A stretch of 64,000 bases of DNA, from the NCBI GenBank assembly GCA_003487265.1, contig DNEP01000013.1, positions 125,736 through 189,735 of the forward strand, in the 5' to 3' direction. The notes below the pieces were generated by a model, which was given only the letters and a program-made list of their open reading frames with translations, searched no databases and was not told the origin of the DNA. Shown here in pieces: positions 50,266 through 60,004 of this stretch. Position 1 is the first letter of the stretch; the number at the start of each line of letters is the position of its first letter. The translations under genes and the position numbers were made by a program. Source of the stretch: Minisyncoccota bacterium (lineage in GTDB: Bacteria; Patescibacteriota; Microgenomatia; UBA1400; UBA12028).

Positions 50266-51340
50266 TTCTCTTACAACATATAGCTTGGGAATTCAAAACG
50301 ATATTCATCACATGCTTTCCCGTTTTTTTGCCGAAAAAAAAGCGGAAAGCAAAAAGGATAATCTACAACTTGAAGACATGTACGATCATCTTCAAACATT
50401 TTGCATACGTGGTGGGAAACGAATTCGACCACTTCTTGTAAAAACAGTGCATCAGTTGTTTTCTCCATATGATGAAGGTGATGTATTACCCATTATGTGT
50501 GCGGTTGAGATGCTTCATCAATATTTGATGATGCTGGACGATGTGGCTGACCGAGATGAATACCGTCATCACGCACCAACACTCGAAATGACCTATCGTA
50601 TGCAGTTTCAACATGAAAAAGACGCATTGCACCTCGGTCGCACGTTTAGCGAAATTTCATCCGCAATTCAAAACACATGTATTAGTGATTTGCTTTTTTC
50701 GAGTACAGCACCACTCGAACAAAAAAAGAACATCCTCTTGTACATGAACACCGTGATGTACCGCAACACCGTAGCGGGATGGAAGCTACATTTTCTTCAA
50801 AATCTGGTGCCGATCGATCAAGCATCACAAGAAGAATACATGCGAGGATTATTTTTAGTCTCCGCACAATACACTTTTGTTGGACCTATGCACATCGGAA
50901 CGATGATTCGCGAATCAAAAGATTCCATTCGATCAAGACCGATCTTACAAACATACGGCACGGAAGTTGGAGTTGCCTTTCAACTCGAAGACGATATTCT
51001 TGGGGTTTTTGGGGAAACTGAAAAAACAGGGAAGCCTGTGGGAAACGATATTCGTGAAGGCAAAAAAACAATCTTGATTCAGGAGGCGTACGCGCGCGCC
51101 TCCTTGAAAGAAAAACAAATTATTCGTCGTTGTATAGGTTCTCCGCTGACTTCTGAAGATCTTGAGCAGATTCAAACGATTATCAAGAATACTGGAGCAC
51201 TACAACAATCTCAGGAGCGTATTCGCATCTCGACACAGCGTGGAATCGATGCACTCCAAGCGCTACCAGATAGCGCGAATACAACCTCGATCCAGTATCT
51301 TATAGACCTTGCCAAAAAACTGCAGAACAGAGAAGTCTAA
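50252..51340 (+). CDS. trans-Polyprenyl diphosphate synthase (isoprenyl diphosphate synthase family)
   Basis: First aspartate-rich motif LMMLDDVADRDEYRHHAPT (DDxxD). Second motif FQLEDDILGVFG. 14-nt overlap with the ZIP gene suggests an operon. Confidence 0.78.
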   Translation: MDMSDSLTTYSLGIQNDIHHMLSRFFAEKKAESKKDNLQLEDMYDHLQTFCIRGGKRIRPLLVKTVHQLFSPYDEGDVLPIMCAVEMLHQYLMMLDDVADRDEYRHHAPTLEMTYRMQFQHEKDALHLGRTFSEISSAIQNTCISDLLFSSTAPLEQKKNILLYMNTVMYRNTVAGWKLHFLQNLVPIDQASQEEYMRGLFLVSAQYTFVGPMHIGTMIRESKDSIRSRPILQTYGTEVGVAFQLEDDILGVFGETEKTGKPVGNDIREGKKTILIQEAYARASLKEKQIIRRCIGSPLTSEDLEQIQTIIKNTGALQQSQERIRISTQRGIDALQALPDSANTTSIQYLIDLAKKLQNREV

Positions 51341-51346
51341 GAAAAA

Positions 51347-53755
51347 TTACAGAAGAGCCACTTTTAACACATCCTGCATCGTCTCAGCGTACACAAATCG
51401 CATTTCATTTCGAATGCGATCGGGAATGAGTCGAACATCTTTTTGATTTTGAGATGGAATGATGACCGTTCGAATATCCGCTCGATGTGCAGCGATCACT
51501 TTTTCTTTGAGTCCGCCTATTTCCAAAACTCTACCTCGAAGTGTGACCTCTCCCGTCATTGCAATATCTTTTCGCATTTTTCTTTTTGAAAGTGCAGAGG
51601 TGATTGCAGATGCAATCGTGATTCCCGCAGAAGGTCCGTCCTTGGGTACCGCTCCCTCTGGCACATGAATGTGAATATCTGTTTTTGCAAGAGTTTTTAT
51701 GGGAATACCAAGCAACTTCGCATTCGACTTTACATAGGTATACCCCGCTCGGGCGGATTCCTGCATCACTTTCCCTAGCTGTCCTGTTAAGACAATTTCT
51801 CCTTTTCCCGGCATTGTCGCCACCTCAACAAAAAGCACATCTCCTCCAACCGAGGTCCACGCAAGACCGGTCGCGAGTCCTATTTCGTTTTTTCTCTCTT
51901 TCATGCGCTCTAAATATCTTGGAGGCCCTAGATACTCGTCCAAGATTTTGTCTGTCACAACAACACGCGTCTTTTCTTTCGAGGATATTCTTTTGGCAGT
52001 TTTTCTCGCGAGTTTTCTGAGTTCACGATCAAGGGAACGCACTCCCGCCTCACGTGTGTATGCGCGAATGATTTTTTTCAACATCTCGTGCTTTAATTCG
52101 AGTTGTGTTTCGAGTAATCCGTTTTCTGAAATGACTTTATGAAGTAAATGCCGTTTCGCAATCTCGAACTTTTCATCATCGGTGTATCCCGCAAACTCGA
52201 TTACCTCAAGTCTATCTCGAAGAGCGTAGGGAATCGTATGAAGCACATTCGCCGTTGTGATAAACATTACCTGAGAAAGATCAAATGGAACGTCAAGATA
52301 GTGATCGGTGAATTCATGATTCTGTTCGGGATCCAACGCCTCGAGTAGCGCAGAACTTGGATCCCCGTGAAAATCAGCGCTTAACTTGTCGATCTCGTCT
52401 AGCATAAAAACGGGATTTCTTGTTCCTGCAGTCTTCAATCCGTGGATGATCCTTCCTGGCATCGCTCCCACGTATGTGCGACGGTGCCCGCGAATCTCCG
52501 CTTCATCATGCACACCACCCAAAGAAATCTTCACGAACTCACGACCGAGCGCTTCCGCGATGGAACGACCTATACTCGTTTTTCCAACCCCTGGGGCTCC
52601 AACAAAACACAAAATCGTTGGTGCTTTTTTCCGTGATTTATCTGGATGTGTTGCGTTCAACTTCATCACCGCCAGATGTTCAAGAATTCTTTCCTTCACA
52701 TCTTCCAGCCCGTAATGCTGGTCTGCAAGAATTTTTTCGGCTCGTTTTAAGCTCAGCGTCTCTCTAGATTTTTTCTTCCAAGGAAGTTCCACCATCACTT
52801 CGATCCATGTTCGAATATACGGCGATTCTGGATTTTGCATTGACATTTGTTCAAGACGACGCAGCTCCTTCAATGTTTTTTCTCGAATTTTCACGGGCAT
52901 TCCAGACTGTTTGATTTGATCTCGCAAATCGTTGATTTCGCGTTGGTCGTCATCATCGTCTTCCCCAAGTTCTTTTTGAATTTCACGCATACGCTCGCGT
53001 AAGATTGTGTCCTTCATGTGTTTATCGAACTTTTTTTGTGTCTTGGACGCAATCGATCGATCGATCTCGACAATTTTCATTTCTTTTGCAAGAAAATCGG
53101 TGACCATTTCCAGTCGAACGCGAAGATCGGACGATTCAAGGACCAACTGTTTTTCGTGGGTAGAAAGATCTAGAGTTGAAGCAATTTGATCGGCAACCTC
53201 GCCAACTGCGACGCCATTCATTAACTTCATAAAATTGAGTAACTCGACCGATTTACCCATGTTTATCGCATGTTTAAACTGTTTCATGAGGTGGCGTGCA
53301 ATTGCTTGCAATTCGTCAGACTTTTCAACTTTTTCAAGTATAGGTTCGTAGGATGCTTCGAACATCCCATTCTTTTCTTCAATCTTCAACACTCTAACGC
53401 GACTAATTCCACGGATAAGCGCGTGAATATCTTCATCTCCTCGTAAGATACGATCAATTGAGGCAAGCGTGCCAACTTGATAGAGATCTTTCAGTTGAGG
53501 CTCACTCACTCCGTGTTTTCTTTGCGCGAGAAAAATCACCTGCTTGTTGTTTGACCAAGCTTCTTCTAACGCCTTCACAGATTTTTTTCTTCCAAAGAGC
53601 AACACCACTTCTGTTGACGGAAAAAGAACCCCGTCGCGTAAAGGAATCACGGGGAGAACGGGAAGCACAGGAAGTTTCACCATTTTTTCATCGGTTGGTG
53701 CTGAGACGTGTTTTTCGTTGGGCTGTTTTACTTCGGACTCATCGGAGATAGTCAT
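51347..53755 (-). CDS. lon: ATP-dependent Lon protease
   Basis: Lon N-domain [16 protein letters not shown]. Walker [19 protein letters not shown]. Catalytic Ser [19 protein letters not shown]. The conserved N-domain start (MVKLPVLP...) suggests the true start may be the ATG at 53683 rather than 53755. Confidence 0.92.
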   Translation of the reverse strand: MTISDESEVKQPNEKHVSAPTDEKMVKLPVLPVLPVIPLRDGVLFPSTEVVLLFGRKKSVKALEEAWSNNKQVIFLAQRKHGVSEPQLKDLYQVGTLASIDRILRGDEDIHALIRGISRVRVLKIEEKNGMFEASYEPILEKVEKSDELQAIARHLMKQFKHAINMGKSVELLNFMKLMNGVAVGEVADQIASTLDLSTHEKQLVLESSDLRVRLEMVTDFLAKEMKIVEIDRSIASKTQKKFDKHMKDTILRERMREIQKELGEDDDDDQREINDLRDQIKQSGMPVKIREKTLKELRRLEQMSMQNPESPYIRTWIEVMVELPWKKKSRETLSLKRAEKILADQHYGLEDVKERILEHLAVMKLNATHPDKSRKKAPTILCFVGAPGVGKTSIGRSIAEALGREFVKISLGGVHDEAEIRGHRRTYVGAMPGRIIHGLKTAGTRNPVFMLDEIDKLSADFHGDPSSALLEALDPEQNHEFTDHYLDVPFDLSQVMFITTANVLHTIPYALRDRLEVIEFAGYTDDEKFEIAKRHLLHKVISENGLLETQLELKHEMLKKIIRAYTREAGVRSLDRELRKLARKTAKRISSKEKTRVVVTDKILDEYLGPPRYLERMKERKNEIGLATGLAWTSVGGDVLFVEVATMPGKGEIVLTGQLGKVMQESARAGYTYVKSNAKLLGIPIKTLAKTDIHIHVPEGAVPKDGPSAGITIASAITSALSKRKMRKDIAMTGEVTLRGRVLEIGGLKEKVIAAHRADIRTVIIPSQNQKDVRLIPDRIRNEMRFVYAETMQDVLKVALL

Positions 53756-53759
53756 AGGA

Positions 53760-53786
53760 TTAGCAGTTTATCGTACAGAGTGCCAA
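53760..53786 (-). promoter_or_regulatory. CIRCE-like inverted repeat (possible HrcA operator) immediately upstream of lon
   Basis: TTAGCAGTT-N9-GAGTGCCAA compared with consensus TTAGCACTC-N9-GAGTGCTAA. Exact 9-nt spacer. 7/9 and 8/9 half-site matches. Confidence 0.35.
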
Positions 53787-53890
53787 TAGTCAAGACTGAA
53801 TCACAAGTAATCCAAATAAAAAAATGACGGTTACCGTTAACAAAAAGATAAAAAGGAAAAGCGAAAACGAAAAGTTTTTCTTTTGCATAA

Positions 53891-54247
53891 TTATAGTTTT
53901 CTAAACACGACCAACATTGCAAGAACTGCTCCGTATGTATCATACAGAATATCGCGTAACGTTGCTGTTCGGCCTGGAACATTTGACTGATGAAACTCGT
54001 CGGTCATTGCGTATGCGATTGTGAGGAACAACGGAAGGATCCACTGATGTCTCTGAGGCCTCATTGAATGTGTTCTGGCCATATACAAAAGAAAAAACAA
54101 CACGAAATATACAACCATGTGTGCGATTTTTTTTAGAAAAAAATCTGCCCAAATAACATCGGGACCTGGAAGAACCGATTGTGCAGACAACAGGTAGATG
54201 AGTACCATCCACAAACCAGAAGGAAGATACCAGAAGATCGTTTTCAT
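53891..54247 (-). CDS. VanZ-like family small membrane protein
   Basis: 118 aa with 4 TM. MKTIFWYLPSGLWMVLIYLLSAQSVLPGP...KIAHMVVYFVLFFLLY resembles VanZ-like (PF04892). Confidence 0.5.
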   Translation of the reverse strand: MKTIFWYLPSGLWMVLIYLLSAQSVLPGPDVIWADFFLKKIAHMVVYFVLFFLLYMARTHSMRPQRHQWILPLFLTIAYAMTDEFHQSNVPGRTATLRDILYDTYGAVLAMLVVFRKL

Positions 54248-55419
54248 GCGGAGTTCATTGTATCATTCCACAATGAAATCAACCAAAAAACATGCACAAG
54301 GAGCATACCAAAACAACATTGCACGATGCGGTTGTTTAGCGAAGTGCGAAAAATACGGTAATACAACACCGTCTTGAATACATGCGCATTCTTGTGTGGA
54401 GAATAGCGAAACTGCGGAAAACCAATGAATCGTTGTTTTTCTAAAGGAAAAAGAGTGTTGTTTTTTTGAGTTGAGAAGTCGTTACCTTTATCTGCAACCC
54501 GTTCGATATCTGAAGTTGATTGACGCGTTTCATATGGATCGATGTTTTTTCCTTTTTTTGTTGGAGAAGCTTGGATCCACACGTTGTCCTGCATCCGTTG
54601 CCAGGATGTTCCCGACACACAAGAAGTATACGAATATGAATCAATCTCCTCTCCCCGAAGAAAAATAGAGATCGTATCACCCGAGTTATTCAGTGCACGC
54701 GTAGACCATTCAATCATAAATATTTGGTTAGGAAGAATTGTTTGATCGGAAACTTGATATTGAAATGTTTGTGAATCGCGCAACGTCATCCCGCGAACAC
54801 TCAACTCTTCATTTGTTTTATTTTCTATCTCGATCCATTCATTTCCCGTTCCACAAGCGGATACCTCCGAAAGACGGAGGTCTGTTTGCGTGGCATCGCG
54901 TGCGGACAATTCAGGCAAGGGCGAGGCTAAAGGTGACGCTGTGGGAGATGGAGAAGGTGATGGAAAAGACGAAGGTTGAGGCGTTCCTGATGGTAGGAGT
55001 TGATCATTTTTTGAACCTCGAGTTGGCACTGACCATCCCCATCCACTCAACAATAATGAGAAAGATTTCCCTTCGGGAGAGGAGGTGACAATTCCCGTCC
55101 GCTGAATTCCCTCTATTGCTTCCTCTAATACAACCTCCTCTTTGTCGTTGTTGAGAGAAATCCCCGTGATATCTCTTGATAACACAGTGTATTCTTGTGC
55201 GGGGAAAAGAATATCGTTGAGGGAATAGAGATGTGTTGCCCCATATTGATCTGATACATTCCAACCACTTCCTTGAATATCACCGTCAGTGGTATTTAAA
55301 ATCTCGATCCATTCCGTTGCATCATCTCCTTCAGGATTAATCATCACTTCTGTTAATTGAAGTGGCGGGGGTGAAGATGCAAGTACTCGAGTGACAAACA
55401 GAAATAGAAAAAGAAGCAT
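54244..55419 (-). CDS. Secreted protein with two lamin-tail domains (LTD) separated by a Pro/Ser-rich linker
   Basis: Signal peptide MLLFLFLFVTRVLASS. LTD 1 LQLTEVMINPEGDDATEWIEILN. Linker PSPSPSPTASPLASPLP. LTD 2 LRLSEVSACGTGNEWIEIENKTNEEL. Confidence 0.72.
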   Translation of the reverse strand: MLLFLFLFVTRVLASSPPPLQLTEVMINPEGDDATEWIEILNTTDGDIQGSGWNVSDQYGATHLYSLNDILFPAQEYTVLSRDITGISLNNDKEEVVLEEAIEGIQRTGIVTSSPEGKSFSLLLSGWGWSVPTRGSKNDQLLPSGTPQPSSFPSPSPSPTASPLASPLPELSARDATQTDLRLSEVSACGTGNEWIEIENKTNEELSVRGMTLRDSQTFQYQVSDQTILPNQIFMIEWSTRALNNSGDTISIFLRGEEIDSYSYTSCVSGTSWQRMQDNVWIQASPTKKGKNIDPYETRQSTSDIERVADKGNDFSTQKNNTLFPLEKQRFIGFPQFRYSPHKNAHVFKTVLYYRIFRTSLNNRIVQCCFGMLLVHVFWLISLWNDTMNSA

Positions 55420-55460
55420 ACCAACAGAGTATCAAGACGATCCTACATAAACATAACAAT

Positions 55461-56627
55461 TTACTGAACGTGAAGATAAAAACTATACACGTTATCACCA
55501 TGATCAATATACACAATGTTAATTGTTGAACTTGACCCACAGCTTTGCGAGGAGGAATACAGCGTTCCATCAGCAGGCGCACGAATCACCTTTCCAGAGG
55601 TTGAAACCATATCAAATCCCGTGTGGATCCCACCTGAGTACTTATATCTCCACGAGTATGGAGTAACACCAAAATGTTGTGTTAATCGAATCGTGTCTGA
55701 TATTGGCCAATCCCAATTGCCATTTCCAATCGTCGTTTCCCCACCTTTTTCCTCATCTTTAATCGTTTTTGATTTCAAGTAGTCTGCGGGATTCACCCAA
55801 GTATTATTCTTTCTAATCTCAAAGTGAAGATGTTCTCCAGTTGAACATCCTGGATATCCCGAGTTACCAACTAATGCGATTGCATCACCTCGTTTTACAC
55901 TTCCAACCTTTTTCCCGTGAACGAGCGCTGACTCTAGCGCATTTTTTTCTGCCAAGGCTTGTGAGAGTAATGATTGATATTTTTGTTCATCATTTTTTGT
56001 TTGCTCAAGCAATGATTGTTTTTGCTTTCGTTGGTTCGCGAGTTGCGTGCGCTGAACTTGAAGTTTTTTCTGTAAACTTTCCATCTCCGTTTGTTTTTCT
56101 TCTTTCTTCAATCGTTCCTGATCAAAAATGATTTTTTGGTGTTCGGCTTGTTCGATGAGTACTTGCGTTTTTTGTTGCGTTTTTGAAAGGTACTTCTGGT
56201 GGAGAACAACCTCGCCAATCCCCTGCGAACTAAAAACGGAAAAACTGGAAAACGTTTTTCTGTTTTTATAGTCCTCGCGAATTTTTTGAATCAACACCTC
56301 AGAAAGTTTCTGAAGTGAAATCTCCAAACCCTCGATGCGTTGCTCTAGCGCCTCGATTTGAATTTGAAGCGCAGCGATCTCCAGCTCGGTTTTTTTAATC
56401 TCGCCTTCAGTCAATCTTGTCTGTTGATCAACTAAAAAAATGGTCGATGACAACGACTTTTGCTCACCTTGAAGCTGGATAATCCTCGATCGATATTCCT
56501 CAATTTTTCTTGTAACACATTCGTAGTCATCTGCAGAACAATCATCGACGGCCTGCACAAACGCCAGCGAAGGGATGAAAAAAACACCCACCGCAAACAG
56601 GATTAAGAAACGCTTTATGATTTTCAT
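55461..56627 (-). CDS. EnvC-like coiled-coil protein with M23/LytM peptidase motifs (FtsEX-associated); M23 segments in non-canonical order
   Basis: Signal/TM at N-terminus and long coiled coil (LEIAALQIQIEALEQRIEGLEISLQKL...). GNSGYPGCSTGEHLHFEI...VNPADYL is the M23 C-terminal motif with HxH. Later GGIHTGFDMVS...VIRAPADGTLY...IDHGDNVYSFYLHVQ is the M23 N-terminal motif with HxxxD. Directly downstream of ftsE-ftsX. Confidence 0.82.
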   Translation of the reverse strand: MKIIKRFLILFAVGVFFIPSLAFVQAVDDCSADDYECVTRKIEEYRSRIIQLQGEQKSLSSTIFLVDQQTRLTEGEIKKTELEIAALQIQIEALEQRIEGLEISLQKLSEVLIQKIREDYKNRKTFSSFSVFSSQGIGEVVLHQKYLSKTQQKTQVLIEQAEHQKIIFDQERLKKEEKQTEMESLQKKLQVQRTQLANQRKQKQSLLEQTKNDEQKYQSLLSQALAEKNALESALVHGKKVGSVKRGDAIALVGNSGYPGCSTGEHLHFEIRKNNTWVNPADYLKSKTIKDEEKGGETTIGNGNWDWPISDTIRLTQHFGVTPYSWRYKYSGGIHTGFDMVSTSGKVIRAPADGTLYSSSQSCGSSSTINIVYIDHGDNVYSFYLHVQ

Positions 56628-56633
56628 AGGCAG

Positions 56634-57497
56634 TTATCCGCGTTTTGTCGCTATATAACTCGAAAACATTCCGATTATTGATCCACCAACAACTCCCGCA
56701 CCAAGTTGCGCTCCAACAAACCAGTATGGCAATGGGAGAAGTGGAATAGAAGGAAGCATTTCGAGCACCCAAGGAAGGCCGTACATACCACGAACATACG
56801 CAACTCCGCATCCAAGAAGTGCGGAAAGTATTCCAATCATCACCCCTTCGAGAAAGAACGGAGTATAAATATATCCAAATTTTGCACCAAAGAGTTTCAT
56901 GGTCACAATTTCGCGTTTTTTGGTTGCAATCTTCATACTCATCACAATTGACATGCTTACAAACGACATCACAAAAAGCATCCCCACAATCTCGATTGAA
57001 ATCATGCGAATCGCCATTACCCATCGCTCAACTTCTTTTACCAAGTCTTCTTGAAACACAACTTCTTCTGTTAAGTCTTGATAAATTGCCATCTTTTCAG
57101 CTACACGTCGAAGTGTTTGCGCGTCTTGTGCCCGCACCTCAACGCTGGGAGGCAGAACATCTTCTGTGATGAAGCTCATCACGAGCGTGTCATTTTCATT
57201 CTCCTTTTGAAAGAGTTCAAGCGCGTCTTTTTTTGTTGTGACAAGAACATCGGTCACACCCTGTTCTTGCCGCAGCGCTTCGGCAACTTGAGCGATTTGT
57301 TCATCGGTGACTTTTTGAGTAAAAAACGCAGTGATTTGTGGTCGAGACTCAAAATATTGAAGAATCATGGATCCACTGTACAAAAAGAACGAGAAAATAT
57401 AACTCACATAAAATGAAATGGTGAGCAGAAAAAGAACCGCCAGTGAATGGTAGGGGAAACGTCGAATGTTTTTCTTCATCTCGGCGATGGCGCTCAT
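56634..57497 (-). CDS. ftsX: Cell-division ABC permease-like protein
   Basis: 287 aa. N-terminal TM, large extracytoplasmic loop, three C-terminal TM helices. 4-nt overlap with ftsE. Followed by the EnvC-like M23 gene. Confidence 0.8.
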   Translation of the reverse strand: MSAIAEMKKNIRRFPYHSLAVLFLLTISFYVSYIFSFFLYSGSMILQYFESRPQITAFFTQKVTDEQIAQVAEALRQEQGVTDVLVTTKKDALELFQKENENDTLVMSFITEDVLPPSVEVRAQDAQTLRRVAEKMAIYQDLTEEVVFQEDLVKEVERWVMAIRMISIEIVGMLFVMSFVSMSIVMSMKIATKKREIVTMKLFGAKFGYIYTPFFLEGVMIGILSALLGCGVAYVRGMYGLPWVLEMLPSIPLLPLPYWFVGAQLGAGVVGGSIIGMFSSYIATKRG

Positions 57498-58264
57498 GTG
57501 GATTCCTCCGGTTGTTGTTTTTTTTCTTCCCTTTTTGAAACTCGACGATGTTTTTCGGGTTCTTCTTCTTTTTCGTGTTTCTCATGTTCAGATTGTTTTT
57601 TGTGCTCTTCTCGTTCAGCAATTTCCCCTTCACTTAGTACCAATATCCGCTTCGTTTTTCCCATGACTTGATCCAAATGATGTGTGGCCATAAGTACCGA
57701 CACTCCCAATTCTTGAATCTGTTCAAACAGTTTCACAATTTGCTTTGCGGAGTCGGGATCGAGGTTCCCTGTAGGTTCATCAGCAAAAATAAGAGATGGT
57801 GCTACCGCAAGTGCACGAGCAATCGCAACACGTTGTTGTTCACCACCACTCAATTGAACGGGGAAAAACTGTTCACGATCTTTTAAGCCCACCAACGAAA
57901 GAAGATCAGAAACTTTTCGATCGATTTCTTGACGAGATTTTCCCTCAATCATCATAGGAAGTGCAATATTTTCCGCAACAGTGCGATCAACCAACAATTT
58001 TCCATCTTGAAACACCACAGCAATCTTTTTGCGTAATGCTGAAATTTCAGAAGGTTTCATCTTTGTGATGTCTTTTCCATCAATCAGAATGGAACCCGAA
58101 CTCACGGGGAGGTCGTGAATTAACAATCGCATGATTGTTGTTTTTCCTGCACCAGACTTTCCTGTAAGAACTACAAATTCCTGATCGTGAATCGAAAAAC
58201 TGACCTCACGTAAAGCGGTATGGCCGGTAGAAAAGGTTTTCGTAACCTTAATGAACTCAATCAT
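57494..58264 (-). CDS. ftsE: Cell-division ABC ATPase
   Basis: [63 protein letters not shown]. Extra Lys/Glu/His-rich C-terminal tail of about 35 aa. Confidence 0.9.
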   Translation of the reverse strand: MIEFIKVTKTFSTGHTALREVSFSIHDQEFVVLTGKSGAGKTTIMRLLIHDLPVSSGSILIDGKDITKMKPSEISALRKKIAVVFQDGKLLVDRTVAENIALPMMIEGKSRQEIDRKVSDLLSLVGLKDREQFFPVQLSGGEQQRVAIARALAVAPSLIFADEPTGNLDPDSAKQIVKLFEQIQELGVSVLMATHHLDQVMGKTKRILVLSEGEIAEREEHKKQSEHEKHEKEEEPEKHRRVSKREEKKQQPEEST

Positions 58265-58847
58265 TCTTTGATTTCTCGGCTTGTTCGAGCTCTTTTTGTA
58301 CCCAAGCTGGCACTTGAGCGTTTAGCTCAACAACTTTCACTTGTCCTACGTCCATTAACCATCCTGCGTACTGTGCGCGAAACGTTTCACCCTTGATCAT
58401 CACTCTATGATTGACAAAAAGATTAAGATCTACAGACGAAGAAGTGAGATACACCGTTTGTGACACACCACCTTCACGTACAATGCGATGTGTTCCTTCA
58501 CCATTAACACCGCCCGTTAACAATACACCCTCAACTTCATCTTTAAACGCGGATGCATCTTTTTCTCCATAGACTTGTCCTACCTCAACTTTTTGCTCCG
58601 AGGTACCTTGTGTAGAAGACTGTTGAGTTGTGTTTGTTTGAGAACGCACAGGAAGCGGGTAAACCTTAAAAAGGGCAAAGCCTGAACCAACACCGAACAA
58701 TAAAGCCAATACCGCAAATAGTGGCGCTTTTTTCATCGATTTCCCTTCCTTTTTCACAACTTGCTTTGGAATAATGGTGTCTCGCAATCGCGTGGCGGAT
58801 TGCGCATCTTCATCAAGAGAACCCAAGGGGCGAACAATGTCAGACAT
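58257..58847 (-). CDS. Hypothetical single-pass membrane protein
   Basis: Cytoplasmic N-terminus, TM (APLFAVLALLFGVGSGFALF), Thr/Gln/Ser-rich linker and about 100-aa extracytoplasmic domain. Overlaps ftsE start by 8 nt. Confidence 0.45.
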   Translation of the reverse strand: MSDIVRPLGSLDEDAQSATRLRDTIIPKQVVKKEGKSMKKAPLFAVLALLFGVGSGFALFKVYPLPVRSQTNTTQQSSTQGTSEQKVEVGQVYGEKDASAFKDEVEGVLLTGGVNGEGTHRIVREGGVSQTVYLTSSSVDLNLFVNHRVMIKGETFRAQYAGWLMDVGQVKVVELNAQVPAWVQKELEQAEKSKND

Positions 58848-58888
58848 AGTACTCCTTTGTTTATAGCTGTACTCATCATAACAGATTC

Positions 58889-59992
58889 TTAACGATTCAT
58901 CATCACTTCAGCTTCAACAAAAAGATCAAGCTCTCCATCAAGCACCGCCTCGGTGTTCGAGGTTTCAACATCTGTTCGCACATCCTTCACTAAGTGATAT
59001 GGATGCAAGACGTAATTTCGTATTTGATTCCCCCATCCTGCTATTTTATATTCCCCCTTCACTTGTGAGATTTCTTTATCTCTTGCCTGTTCTTCGCGTA
59101 AAGCCAGTTCCGATTTTAACAACATGAGCGCGACTTTCCTGTTTTGCTCTTGATATCTTTCCTGTCTACTTTCGATAATGATTCCTGTGGGTTTATGCAC
59201 CAATCGAACGGCCGTATTCACTTTGTTCACGTTTTGTCCTCCATGACCCCCTGCACGACTAAAGGTCCATTCAAGATCGTCTGGATTAAACACAATTTCA
59301 TCACTCGTATCCTCGATCATTGGAAGAACCTGCACACCTGAGAAAGATGTTTGTCGCAGGTTGTCAGCATTAAATGGACTTTGGCGAACTAAACGATGCG
59401 CCCCAGTCTCTCGTTTCAAATACCCGTACGCAAAAGGTCCTGAAACACGCAACACACATGATTTAATTCCCGCTTCGTCACCTTGATTTTCATCCAACTG
59501 TACACATTTCCATCCTTTTTTTTCAAAAAATCGAAGGTACATTCGTTTTACCATTTGGGCCCAATCCATCGCCTCGGTTCCACCCTGTCCAGCATGAATC
59601 GAAAGAATCGCATCGTTTTCATCATATTTTCCAGAAAAATATGATTTTATTTCAAGTGATCGAAGCAACGATTCTGCATCTGCCAACAACGTTCGTAGTT
59701 CGTTTGCAACATGCTCATCCTCAATGTTTTCATAGAGATCGAAAAACGCAGCCACATCGTTGATTTTCTTTTCGACTGCTTCAAATGTCTCAAGATGAAG
59801 TTTTGATTGTGCGAGCTTTTTGTTTATCTCGGTTGATCGCTGAATGTCTGACCAAACTGCGGGATCTTCCAACTCTTTTGAGAGTGATGCGATGCTCAAC
59901 TTCACCCCATCAAGATCGTATCGAGATCGCAATCCCTCAAATCGTTCTTGTAGTCCTTCAAATTGTTGATGAAAAGATGTGTGAACTGCCAT
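58889..59992 (-). CDS. prfB: Peptide chain release factor 2
   Basis: SPF tripeptide ([10 protein letters not shown]) specific to RF2. GGQ motif ([13 protein letters not shown]). Single uninterrupted 367-aa ORF. Confidence 0.9.
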   Translation of the reverse strand: MAVHTSFHQQFEGLQERFEGLRSRYDLDGVKLSIASLSKELEDPAVWSDIQRSTEINKKLAQSKLHLETFEAVEKKINDVAAFFDLYENIEDEHVANELRTLLADAESLLRSLEIKSYFSGKYDENDAILSIHAGQGGTEAMDWAQMVKRMYLRFFEKKGWKCVQLDENQGDEAGIKSCVLRVSGPFAYGYLKRETGAHRLVRQSPFNADNLRQTSFSGVQVLPMIEDTSDEIVFNPDDLEWTFSRAGGHGGQNVNKVNTAVRLVHKPTGIIIESRQERYQEQNRKVALMLLKSELALREEQARDKEISQVKGEYKIAGWGNQIRNYVLHPYHLVKDVRTDVETSNTEAVLDGELDLFVEAEVMMNR

Positions 59993-60004
59993 ACGCGCAT
60001 TCTA

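Noticed and set aside
53830-53862. Possible intrinsic terminator (ACGGT/ACCGT stem plus T-run on the minus strand) after the VanZ-like gene
   Set aside because: Stem only about 4-5 bp with a 1-3-nt loop. Too weak to call.
58889-59992. Programmed +1 frameshift in prfB
   Set aside because: ORF is continuous from ATG to stop. No internal in-frame TGA.
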